DNA from: Promethearchaeati archaeon SRVP18_Atabeyarchaeia-1
Lineage (GTDB): Archaea > Asgardarchaeota > Atabeyarchaeia > Atabeyarchaeales > Atabeyarchaeaceae
Length of the DNA: 64,000 nt
Reading direction: 5' to 3'
Assembly (NCBI GenBank): GCA_037308085.1
Contig: CP147779.1
Span: 1,600,001-1,664,000, forward strand
Part shown: positions 31,558-40,830 of the stretch, in pieces
Layout of the letters: each line of letters begins with the position of its first letter
Numbering within the stretch: the stretch's first letter is position 1
The notes under the pieces: generated by a model
Seen by the model: only the letters and a program-made list of their open reading frames with translations
What the model was told of the DNA's origin: nothing
The model's database searches: none
Made by a program: the position numbers and the translations under genes

Positions 31558-32457
31558 ATGAGGATCTATTTCGTGTATACCGGTGAGTTTGGGGAGAGAG
31601 TCATCGGTAATTTGGTGAACGATAGATCCTTCTGCAAGGTTTGTGGTGCCTCATGCACTGAGTGCAGGTGGAAGCCAAATTGGAGCTTCGCCGACAGAGT
31701 AGTAGGCGTCTCAACTGTACCAGACACTCTTCCCGTCATTGTTGACGACCCTGAAACCTACATGCCCAAGAATCCGCCCAAGTGTGACGTACTTGTTTCC
31801 ATAGGAATTCATCCTGACGTTGCCTCAACGTTGCCTCTGCTTGCAAAGCAGGCTGAGGCAAAAGCTGTCATAGCGCCTGTCGAAGACCCAAAGTGGATGA
31901 GCCGCAACATGCAAACCGAACTTGAGAAGGGGCTGGCAGAAATGGGAATCGAGAGCGCATTCCCAAAGCCCTTCTGCTCCCTGGAACCTACGGGAGGACC
32001 TACAATAGACTCATTCATAAAGGAACTGAGAATAGGGAGACCGCTAATGCATGTCACCCTTCAGGGTGCAAGAATAGCGGATGCCGAGGTTCTAAGATCC
32101 GCGCCGTGTGGATGCACGTGGTACATAGCGGAGACTATAAAAAACCACTCACTGATTGGATTGGAAGAAAGGATCGCATTGTCACATCACTCCTACCCGT
32201 GCACGGCGAGCATGGAAAACGATCCTGTGCTCAAAGAGAAGATCCTTCACAAGGCCGGGTACATGGCTCGAGAAGCGGTGAAGCGTGCAATTGACGAGTT
32301 CGTCTTGGCGCATCCAGAAGTCGAGCAGGAAGTCATGCAGGCAGTAGCGCTAACGGGAAAGGAGACGCAAGTACCGCGAGAAGTGACGACTGCGTCAGAC
32401 GCTGAAAGGGAAATTAGGGAGGTTTTCGCGGAGAATGCCGCCGAGAATAATCCCTGA
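31558..32457 (+). CDS. DUF166 family protein
   Basis: PKPFCSL, RSAPCGCT, HHSYPCTASM, ILHKAG. Confidence 0.85.
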   Translation: MRIYFVYTGEFGERVIGNLVNDRSFCKVCGASCTECRWKPNWSFADRVVGVSTVPDTLPVIVDDPETYMPKNPPKCDVLVSIGIHPDVASTLPLLAKQAEAKAVIAPVEDPKWMSRNMQTELEKGLAEMGIESAFPKPFCSLEPTGGPTIDSFIKELRIGRPLMHVTLQGARIADAEVLRSAPCGCTWYIAETIKNHSLIGLEERIALSHHSYPCTASMENDPVLKEKILHKAGYMAREAVKRAIDEFVLAHPEVEQEVMQAVALTGKETQVPREVTTASDAEREIREVFAENAAENNP

Positions 32458-32683
32458 GAAATGTAGGGGCTGCAACGACTGTGTAATAGTGTGCCCTAAC
32501 AAGATCATCTGCGTAGCGAACGGTAAGGCGAAGATCACCGAGCCGGAAGCGTGCATCGAGTGCGCGAATTGCATCGATAACTGTGGATGCGGCGGGATAA
32601 CTGGGGCAAAGGAGCGGCACGAAGGCTACCTTAAGGTTGCTCAAATAGCCTCCAGACGAATGTCACTCGTCAAAAAGGAGTAG
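32435..32683 (+). CDS. 2x[4Fe-4S] ferredoxin-like protein
   Basis: CRGCNDCVIVCP and CIECANCIDNC. Confidence 0.9.
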   Translation: MPPRIIPEKCRGCNDCVIVCPNKIICVANGKAKITEPEACIECANCIDNCGCGGITGAKERHEGYLKVAQIASRRMSLVKKE

Positions 32684-32739
32684 TATCACTCGTTTCGCGT
32701 AGCGGCGGCTCTGAGTTTTTCTGTCTCGGAAACCATTGC

Positions 32740-33081
32740 CTAGAACTTGGCTCTCATCCCCAGCGCACAGAGACCGAGTTGAATTACGTCAAAAGCCATC
32801 GTAATGAAGGCAAACATCAATCCGATTATGATCCCAGCGATGCTAAAGACAATTCCTGCGATGCTGATGAGCAGTCCAAGCTTGAAGCTCCATTTTCTGA
32901 GCTTAATCAAGCCATAGATTACAGCTATCCATATCGGGAAAAACGGAATGATGGAAACTGCCAAGAGAAGGTTCTGTGGGATCATAGCTAGGGCTCCGAC
33001 CTCGATGAAGGCATGTATGATCATATTGGTGATGAATGAGGCAAATGCGCCCGAGACTATAGTTCCGACTTGGGGGCTCAT
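32740..33081 (-). CDS. Hypothetical membrane protein
   Basis: Four hydrophobic segments, YGLIKLRKWS. Confidence 0.65.
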   Translation of the reverse strand: MSPQVGTIVSGAFASFITNMIIHAFIEVGALAMIPQNLLLAVSIIPFFPIWIAVIYGLIKLRKWSFKLGLLISIAGIVFSIAGIIIGLMFAFITMAFDVIQLGLCALGMRAKF

Positions 33082-33306
33082 AGCTATCCTCGCCTTGTCA
33101 CTGATTCCGAAGGGAATTGTTTCTGCTTCATATCAGACTCAACGGTTATATAGTTTATCTTCTTCAGACCATCCTCGCAATTACTTCCGAAACCATGAAC
33201 GATCAAGAGAAAGGATTTATAGCAAATAACCACCACTAGAAAGCCTAACGGTAAAGACAATTATGTCCAAAGTAAGTTCAGGCGGAATACAAAAACCGTT
33301 CACCTG

Positions 33307-33738
33307 GTGGTCATCTTGGGTGAAGAAGCTACTCTTCTTGACTTTAGGAAGATTCAGGAGATACTGTACTCGCTTTCGCGTGATTGCCCCGGAATATCGG
33401 GGAGTGCGGTTCTAACCAAGGACGGTCTGCCCGTAGCCTCGGTTGTTCTTCCTGAGGGAGTAGATGAAGCTATGCTTGCTGCGATATCCGCATCGATCCT
33501 GACAACTGGGAGACTTGCAGCAAACGAGCTAAGACATCAGGGCGGAGTCCAACGTGTGATTGTTGAGACGAAGGATGGAACCATAGTCGTGGCGGGAATC
33601 CCTGAAGCTGAGGCTGTGCTAACGGTGACTGCGTCAAGGGATACGAAGCTGGGAATGGTTTTCCTAACCATGGATAAGGCATCCAGAAAGCTCAAGGAGG
33701 AATTGACGAGGTTCCTTTCTTCAACTAGCAGGATTTAG
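33307..33738 (+). CDS. Roadblock/LC7 domain protein
   Basis: GSAVLTKDGLPVAS, LAAISASI, VIVETKDG, KLGMVF. Confidence 0.9.
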   Translation: MVILGEEATLLDFRKIQEILYSLSRDCPGISGSAVLTKDGLPVASVVLPEGVDEAMLAAISASILTTGRLAANELRHQGGVQRVIVETKDGTIVVAGIPEAEAVLTVTASRDTKLGMVFLTMDKASRKLKEELTRFLSSTSRI

Positions 33739-34820
33739 TGTCTTGGGAGTAGCTCGAAGCTTCTTATTACTTCACTCTTCATGTCGTCCAGCCCGCCCAA
33801 TTTCACTTTGTTGAGTTCCTTTACCGCTTCAAGTGGGCTCAGCTTGAGCATGTTTGCTGCAAGCTTGTAGTGTTGCAGGGTGTTGAGCTTCTCAGCGACC
33901 CTCTTCTCCTTGGCGCCAATCAGCTCCTTGAACATCGTTTCGGCCTCAGCGCTCTCTCCAAGCAGTTTGTACAGCATGGTACTCATCATGAGATTGTATG
34001 AGAACCTCTTGTAGTCGCTGGGTGACGATCGCCCGACGAGTAGCAATGGATCGAGATTCATAAGGGCAACCCTGAAGCCGACCGCGGCGTCTAGCAGTAT
34101 CTTGGATGCCTCTGGCACCAAGTCATTCTTTAAGAGGGAGACCACTTGGGCTACGCGGTTCTCCGAAGAGCGCTGCAGTAGAATCGACTTGGTTTCCATT
34201 GCAATTTCTCCCATTCCTGTCTTCGGAAGAAGATCGCTCAACTGCTCCAGCGAGGCGACATAGGCTGAGCCTATTCTCCCAAACGCCTCTGAAGCCTTCG
34301 CGTAGTCTTCCTTGTCGAAACTCTTCCTAGCTTCCTTTTCCAGCTCGATTATGTTCTCCCCAGTGCCGAGGATAGACCCCTGGGTCATCATTCTCTCTGC
34401 GTCGCTCCAAAGCTTAAGCGCCGCAAAACAGTCAGCGGCACCAGCATAGCTTGCAGCGGCTGCCCCGTCAAACCGTTTGCGCCCCACCTTTGCGTAGGCT
34501 TCGCCAGCCTTCTGATAGCAGTCTATGGCGTCACCCCAAAGCTGTGACTTGCGAAGTGAGTTAGCAACGAAGAGGAAAATCTTGCCGGCTTCTGAGAAAG
34601 CCCCATTCATCTCCAAGGTCTCGGCAGCCTCGATCAGCGAGCATGCCCAGCTCGCCAATTCTCCGTATTCGGACAGTGCGCTGCCATAGGCGAGGAACGC
34701 ATCGGCTGCATCAGAATAGCTCCCACGCTCCATGTATTTCGCGGCTCTATCTCTGATGCGGTTGGCTTCATCCATCTTCTTTGCCCAGGTTCCGAACTGA
34801 TCATCGGTGTCTGCACACAT
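33735..34820 (-). CDS. TPR/alpha-SNAP-like helical repeat protein
   Basis: Repeated A..F..A/AG..F/AIDCYQKAGEAY helices. Confidence 0.7.
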   Translation of the reverse strand: MCADTDDQFGTWAKKMDEANRIRDRAAKYMERGSYSDAADAFLAYGSALSEYGELASWACSLIEAAETLEMNGAFSEAGKIFLFVANSLRKSQLWGDAIDCYQKAGEAYAKVGRKRFDGAAAASYAGAADCFAALKLWSDAERMMTQGSILGTGENIIELEKEARKSFDKEDYAKASEAFGRIGSAYVASLEQLSDLLPKTGMGEIAMETKSILLQRSSENRVAQVVSLLKNDLVPEASKILLDAAVGFRVALMNLDPLLLVGRSSPSDYKRFSYNLMMSTMLYKLLGESAEAETMFKELIGAKEKRVAEKLNTLQHYKLAANMLKLSPLEAVKELNKVKLGGLDDMKSEVIRSFELLPRH

Positions 34821-35148
34821 GGTTCCAAGATCCCCATTTCACATTTGTTGGAAGCCTTGTAGAAATGGCTTAGCTAGATTAGCAATTGCTACTTTATAAA
34901 CTCAAAGGAAGAAGGCAGTTGATCGGAATCGGCTGTCCTCCGATCTCATATCCTCCTAGTGGTGAAAGAGAAACCGCAACTTCCACTCTATGCGTAGGCA
35001 CTGGTTGCAGGTGCAGGGTATTCCTTTTGCGAATACTGAAAATTAACCAAGGTAATATATTATTCCAGGATATTATACAGGGTAATATTTATATACCTGT
35101 CCTCACACTAAAAGAAGAAAAACAGCGTCTAGCACGACGACAAAGGAG

Positions 35149-35310
35149 ATGACACAAGACATGCTACGATGCGAAACATGCGGACGGCAGCTCACGTACG
35201 ACAAGGCAAACAGAGACATTAACGATGGCGGAAAGCCATTCCACTTCTGCAGCAGAGAATGCGAGAGCACGTGGAAGGAAACCATCAGAAACGTTTCTGT
35301 AGCTCATTAG
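35149..35310 (+). CDS. Small TRASH/YHS-type metal-binding protein (53 aa, not in ORF track)
   Basis: CETCG...FHFCSREC; AAGGAG SD. Confidence 0.75.
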   Translation: MTQDMLRCETCGRQLTYDKANRDINDGGKPFHFCSRECESTWKETIRNVSVAH

Positions 35311-35408
35311 AACGCAGGGCGCCTCAGCATTGAGCGCTCTAAGCGCTCGACTTTCCTCTGCTTCTTTCACCGAGCTGATCCGCATAGAAAAAGTGGGGAG
35401 AGGTTCAA

Positions 35409-35580
35409 CTAAGCGGTTCCAGACTGCCTTTCAACCTCAAAAGCAATTCGAACCTCAGCTCTGAATGCGGTCACCTGACTATTATCAACCTTAACTTCTA
35501 GTTTCAGAACTTGGGCCACGACTCCAACTCACTGCTTCGCCTGGTTGCCCAGTACTCCCAGTATGCTTCAGCCAAGTCAG
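35409..35580 (-). pseudogene. Displaced, decayed duplicate of the dodecin gene (37305-37508) 3' part
   Basis: LEVKVDNSQVTAFRAEVRIAFEVER versus intact FDVKIEDNKVVAFRAEVQIAFEVER; stop at 35529-35531, frameshifted upstream. Confidence 0.85.
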
Positions 35581-35703
35581 GGAGTAGAGAAAAGTGGATT
35601 CTTGCCGCTCTCTTCTCCAGCGTCAGATGCAAATGGTTGTATTAATAGGAAATTCCTGCACTTGATTCTTGTCGGATGCGAGCTCAACAGCTGAGGAGGA
35701 AGA

Positions 35704-37077
35704 ATGCGGCTGAACCCTTTGATGAATGTGGATGCACTAACAGGTCAGGAACGTAGCTACCTGTCAGGTTTGTTCTTTGCGGATGGATGTTTGAGCAGGG
35801 ACAAGCGTCTCCAAGAACAGCCAATCAGGTGCGTCGCCTACTCCCTTCAGGGGAATGAAGAGGAACTGGCGCACAGGGTCATTGCGATCATGGAGCGCGC
35901 AATGCTAAAGCCCCACTTGTACAGGGCGAAGGATAAGGATTGCCTCTACGTTGTTGCGAGTTGTACTAATCTTGGTGAGTTCTTCCCGAGCAAAGAGACT
36001 ATTTTGGCTGATGGTGAAGCGAGGCGAAAGTTTTTCGAGGATGGCAACTTGGTGTTTGATCTTGGGAATCGTGTTGCATTCTGTGCAGGTCTTCCTGATG
36101 GGGACGGGACATGTGAGGCCACCTTTACGGAGGTTCGCAGCAAGAGGGCGACAAGCGTGGGTGGCGTCCATGCGCGGTGACTTTTCACTCAGACTAGCTA
36201 TCCTTTTCTGCTCGACTTCCTTCGAGAGACACTTGAGAGCATCGCAGCTCACTCTACGAGTGACATCTGCCGTGAGGGATCGCTCTGCGGTGTGATGATT
36301 AAGATTGACGGAAGGCAAGCACTGCTTGGGGCTGGAATCGCCAAGTGGTCGTGGAAGGTAGGGACTTGGATGAAATCTTTTTCTGCTATCAGCGACGCCA
36401 AATGCGAGGAGAGGGCTGCAAGAGAGAAGCTGGCCGAGAACGGAGGGCTCAAGCTTGTTGATGTAGCTAAGAAACTAGGCGTCCGCCCTTCGATTCTGCA
36501 CCGTATGTACTGGAGTGGCCGATTGCAAGCCGAACTTGTACGTGAGAGAGCTGGCATCGGTCGCCTTGTCATTCCGAGGAACGAGGCTGAAAGGCTAACG
36601 AGTTTGCTTTCTGAGAGGAGGAGGGATCTGAAAAACGTCAAGGATGACGGTGGAGCAAAGCTCACGGATGTTGCCAAGACCCTTGGAGTTCCACAGAGTA
36701 CGCTGCGCAACTTGCGATTCCGCGGTGAGATGGAAGCTGTTCTAGTTCGGGGCGCTGGTAAGGGTGGTCTTGGACGCCTTTTCATACCTGTGAATGAGGT
36801 TGAGAGACTCACGAAGATCGTAAGCGACAATAGCGAGAATGCGAGCAATGCAGAGCGAAATGGAATATTACTAAAGGAAGCGTCAAAGATCCTTGGTCTG
36901 GCGCCCAGCACGTTGCGCAATTGGCGTCGTCGCGGAAAGCTCAATGCCACTCTTGTGCGGACGGGAATGGGTGTAGACCGATTAGTGATCCAGACAAGCG
37001 AGGTCGAGAGGCTTGAGGAGGAACTATCGAAGAAAAGGCGCCGACAAGAACAAGCGAAGCAGGCGCCTATCTGGTAG
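35704..37077 (+). pseudogene. Double-motif LAGLIDADG endonuclease-like protein with three MerR/excisionase-type HTH repeats, interrupted by an in-frame TGA at 36178
   Basis: YLSGLFFADGC and FCAGLPDGDG; same frame continues TGA LFTQTSYPFLLDF into ORF 36292; paralog of 22122-23255 (ALL.AGIAK.SW.VG.W). Confidence 0.85.
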
Positions 37078-37304
37078 GTTTTCTGTAGACGGACTACCAG
37101 TGAGCGTGAAGGCCCGTTACCAAAGTAGCGTCATCCAACCACGAGTCCATGCGTGCCATCCAGAGATGATCTGAGCTCAGTCCCTTCAATTCTTCTGTTG
37201 CGGAGACTGAGATCATTAGAGTGAAGTGAGATCAAGTTATCGTTCATGTTCCCAAAAAAAGAGATTGGATGAGTTAGGAACTCACACACGCGCTGCATCT
37301 CACT

Positions 37305-37508
37305 TTACCTTTCCACTTCGAACGCTATTTGGACTTCCGCCCTGAAGGCAACTACCTTATTGTCCTCTATCTTCACGTCGAATGCTCTTACGCTAGCTCT
37401 CTTGATTCCTCTGACGGTCTTTGCGGTTTCCTCAACAGCGTTCCTTACTGCTTCAGCAAATGATTCCTCGGAAATGCCGACAACGTCTATTAGTTTCCAG
37501 ATTGGCAT
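37305..37508 (-). CDS. Dodecin family protein
   Basis: KLIDVVGISEESFAEAVRNAVEE..KTVRGI...IAFEVE. Confidence 0.92.
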   Translation of the reverse strand: MPIWKLIDVVGISEESFAEAVRNAVEETAKTVRGIKRASVRAFDVKIEDNKVVAFRAEVQIAFEVER

Positions 37509-37622
37509 CTTATTCTCCTCCTGCCTAAGTTAACGCTGCATCATCTAGTTAAGCATGATGGTTGAGCGCCTCTCGAAAAAGGAGACTTGATGCAAGGGTG
37601 AGGCGAAACCACATCCCTTGGT

Positions 37623-38522
37623 CTAGAGTCGCTTCCTGTAGTAATCGTACCAGCAAGACAAGGTTGCCTGCTTTGCTTCGGGTCTCTTGGGTGCATAGAA
37701 CTCAGGGTAGTCCTTGAATTTCAGTACTTCCTCTTTGGAGCCTCCACTGCTTACAATCCCTCTTATGATCTTTGTCGTCTTTTCGAAGAAGTCTATGTAC
37801 TTCTGCAGCTCGCTGTCACCGCAGACTGGTCCGTGACCTGGAACAATTAGGCTAGGCTTGAGCTTAGTCAACTGCTTCAATGCCTTCAGCCACTTCTCTG
37901 GGTCGGCGGTCGGGTCTGCTCCCCAAGGGAATCTCTGGGCGAATATCAGATCGCCAGAAAAGAGGATCTTCTCGGACGGTAGGTACACGTAACAGGAATC
38001 TGCAGTGTGTCCACCTGTTTGCCTGAGCTCTAGCAGGATTCCCTCGTCCTTGAATGCGTATTTGGACTCGAATGTCTTTGTTGGGAACGTTATCTCAATG
38101 CCCTTGAGCTTTTCAGCTGTTTCTGGTGAACCTTGTCCGAATCTCTTGATGGCTTCTGGGGTCCATTCCGTCCTTGCAGCCTCAAGCATCTTCTCTCTCA
38201 GCTCCTTGGTCGATACTATCGTGCAGTCCCTGTACACTTGGTTTCCGAAGACGTGGTCTGCGTGATAGTGCGTCAATACGAGAATAGCCACACGTTTTTC
38301 AGTTCTAGTTTCAATGTCTTTCCTAAAGGCCTGCGCTAAGGAAGGAAACATCGATGCGTCAACCGCAACCACAAAGCTTGGAAGAACAATTGCCCCGAAA
38401 TTGCCGTTCCCTTCTCCAGTTGTGTCAACGTAGACGTTGTCAGAAATCTTCTCGATTCTCACTTGCCCACCTCCCTCTAGCCAATACTCCTCCCTAGTTG
38501 AGCGAGGATGATACCCGCCCAA
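37623..38522 (-). CDS. MBL-fold metallo-hydrolase (cyclase-like)
   Basis: THYHADHVFGN, GHT, FSGD, VPGHG. Confidence 0.9.
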   Translation of the reverse strand: MGGYHPRSTREEYWLEGGGQVRIEKISDNVYVDTTGEGNGNFGAIVLPSFVVAVDASMFPSLAQAFRKDIETRTEKRVAILVLTHYHADHVFGNQVYRDCTIVSTKELREKMLEAARTEWTPEAIKRFGQGSPETAEKLKGIEITFPTKTFESKYAFKDEGILLELRQTGGHTADSCYVYLPSEKILFSGDLIFAQRFPWGADPTADPEKWLKALKQLTKLKPSLIVPGHGPVCGDSELQKYIDFFEKTTKIIRGIVSSGGSKEEVLKFKDYPEFYAPKRPEAKQATLSCWYDYYRKRL

Positions 38523-38538
38523 TGAGGAAGCAAGTTAG

Positions 38539-38787
38539 TTATTCTGTGCTTATTACGCTTACCGGGCATGCATCTCTCGCGTCTTCAACACATGAAACCA
38601 GATCTTCTCCAACTTCGCCTTTGCCCGGCTCACCTTTTCTGTGTTTCGGAACAACGCTGGAGAGTGTATCTTCGTCCAACTTGAAGACTTCTGGACATGT
38701 CTGCTCACAGCTTCCGCAGGAAATACAATTGGCGCGATCTATTGATATCTTCGTGCTGATCCCCTCGAAAGCTCTGTGTCGCCACAC
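38539..38787 (-). CDS. Single-cluster ferredoxin
   Basis: CISCGSCEQTCPEVF...ACPVSVI. Confidence 0.9.
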   Translation of the reverse strand: MWRHRAFEGISTKISIDRANCISCGSCEQTCPEVFKLDEDTLSSVVPKHRKGEPGKGEVGEDLVSCVEDARDACPVSVISTE

Positions 38788-39122
38788 GTATCTAATATTT
38801 CGACCCTAGGCTTGGTGGATGGTTGGATCATGTGTATGGGAGTCGGAGGAGTCTTGATTCATATAAAGAGGATGTGTAACGATAGAACGTTTTGATGCCA
38901 TCTATGCCCATATGAGTGTAACCCGGAGCCTGCACACCGGGATGAGCGAAGGACGAAGAGCATAATAACGCTATCGCTCTCAAAGATTTCCTTGGGCACG
39001 CCTAGTCGAAAGAATCATGGTACTGCCAGTTTCCGGCATTGAGATCCTCTCGCAAAGGTCTACGAAAACTATTTGAGCTTCCCTCAAGCATAAGGGGAAG
39101 CCATAATTGAAACGAACACGGA

Positions 39123-40424
39123 GTGAGGGTGACTCAATCGTCAAAAGAATTCAAAGTCTACGGCTACAGGTGGGCCGTTCTTCTTGTCTTTGGCCTGGTT
39201 TTCATGATGAGCCAGTTGACTTGGCTTGCGTTCTCCCTTATACCAAACGAGGTTGCCCCTGTTTTCGGCATCACAGATACATCGATGATCATTTTCCTCA
39301 CAGCGTCACAGCCACTAGTATTCATCATTCTATCGATTCCAGTTGGAATGTTGGCTGACCGCAAGGGGCTGAGGATAGTGGCAGGTGCTGGATCAGTGAT
39401 TGTGACGATCTTTGCCGCACTCAGAATATTCCTCATCGACGACTTCATGATGATCTTCCTTTGCCAGATAGGGCTATCAGTTGGAGCGGTCCTGATCCAA
39501 GATTGCATTACCTACCTCAGCGCACATTGGTTCCCGAGAGCCGAGAGGACTCTAGCTACAGGCGTAAGTACTGTATTCCAGCTACTGGGTATGCTAATAG
39601 GATCCATAATGAGCCTTCTTCTATGGGTAGTCCCATTCTGGGGGGGTAGCTATAGCGCAGCTGCTGCTCGGGGTAACGTTGTTTCCATACTTACCATTCA
39701 GGCGGTGCTTTCAGTGATCTTCATGGTACTTTTCTTCATCGTAGGCAAGGATCGACCTAAGCTTCCGCCAGAAATCGAAGAGGTTACAACAAAGAAACCC
39801 AGCGTAATGCGAATGCTAAGGGACCGAAGCCCATGGATCATTTCATACGGGTTCTTTGCTGGCTTTGCAGTCGTCATTGGTCTCACAGGAATCCTTGAAA
39901 ATCTGCTCATAAGCTTGGGAGTAGTGGAAGTACCCGGTATCTCAAACCCGGTCGTGATCACACAAACACTGATACTTGCTTCTGGAATCGTTGGTGCCTT
40001 TGTCATTTCAGCAATCTCGGACAAAGTTCAAAGAAGGAAACCATTCCTGCTTCTTGCATCGGTAATTGGTGCGATAACAACCCTGCTACTAGGAATAAGT
40101 CCATTCTCCATGCTCACGTACGTGATAGCGGTTCTGCTTGGGTTCTTCTTGATCAGCGTCATGCCAGTGGCGTTAACAACAACGGAAGAGTTAAAGTCAG
40201 TTGGTCCACAGCTGTCAGGGGCAAGCGCAGGTCTAATATTCGAATTCGCCAACCTAGGTGGATTCCTGGGACTCTTGATCTTGGAATATGTTCTAAAGGA
40301 TCCCACAGCCGTCCAGCCGTACTTCTATTCAATCCTGTTCCTATTCGCAGCACTGCTAATAGCCGGCGCACTGTTTCTACTGGTACCGGAGACGGGAAAA
40401 CGGGAAAAAGCAAAGAAGAAGTAG
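39123..40424 (+). CDS. MFS transporter
   Basis: YGYRW, GMLADRKGLR, WFPRAERTLATG; about 12 TM. Confidence 0.92.
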   Translation: MRVTQSSKEFKVYGYRWAVLLVFGLVFMMSQLTWLAFSLIPNEVAPVFGITDTSMIIFLTASQPLVFIILSIPVGMLADRKGLRIVAGAGSVIVTIFAALRIFLIDDFMMIFLCQIGLSVGAVLIQDCITYLSAHWFPRAERTLATGVSTVFQLLGMLIGSIMSLLLWVVPFWGGSYSAAAARGNVVSILTIQAVLSVIFMVLFFIVGKDRPKLPPEIEEVTTKKPSVMRMLRDRSPWIISYGFFAGFAVVIGLTGILENLLISLGVVEVPGISNPVVITQTLILASGIVGAFVISAISDKVQRRKPFLLLASVIGAITTLLLGISPFSMLTYVIAVLLGFFLISVMPVALTTTEELKSVGPQLSGASAGLIFEFANLGGFLGLLILEYVLKDPTAVQPYFYSILFLFAALLIAGALFLLVPETGKREKAKKK

Positions 40425-40613
40425 ATACTCAAATTCTCTCCCTCTTTTTCTTTTTATAGGAATGAAGTCGTATCTACATAGCGTTGCAGGTGATCAGCTA
40501 TGGTGTTGAGGATCGATTCCCAAGAATACTCCCAAAGAATAGAGAAACTGAGGTCTCTCACCGAAAGAGAAGGGTTGGTTTTCTGCATATCATTAGGTGT
40601 CATTCGAGACTTA

Positions 40614-40830
40614 GTGACGTAGCAGCTACTTTCCCACCTGCCTTGTCAGGTGCCGGCTTAACCCCATTGCCGGTAGCCCCCGGGTTTCCACCGGGCTCCC
40701 CGCCCTTTCGCACCCCTTCACTCATCCGAGGTGTGCCGTGGCAAGCGGGGTGACCTGTGAAGTCGGCTCGACCAGGCCCGCCCGGCTTCAACCTTCTACT
40801 GCCTTTCCTTCCAGGTGGCGCCCTGTAGGG
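40614..40830 (-). ncRNA. Putative TnpB omegaRNA scaffold
   Basis: GC-rich multi-hairpin tract overlapping the tnpB stop (CCCGGTGGAAACCCGGG, ACCTGACAAGGCAGGT, GCGAAAG), ending near TCAC; boundaries inferred. Confidence 0.55.

Noticed and set aside
22611-36180. Pyrrolysine or selenocysteine decoding of the in-frame stops
   Set aside because: It would need two different systems at one homologous position; no pyl/sel genes or SECIS are evident in the window, and Trp is the simpler ancestral codon.
565-40413. Long antisense ORFs (e.g. 565-1257, 5212-5904, 6432-7145, 16229-16975, 18237-18980)
   Set aside because: They are shadows of well-supported genes on the opposite strand.
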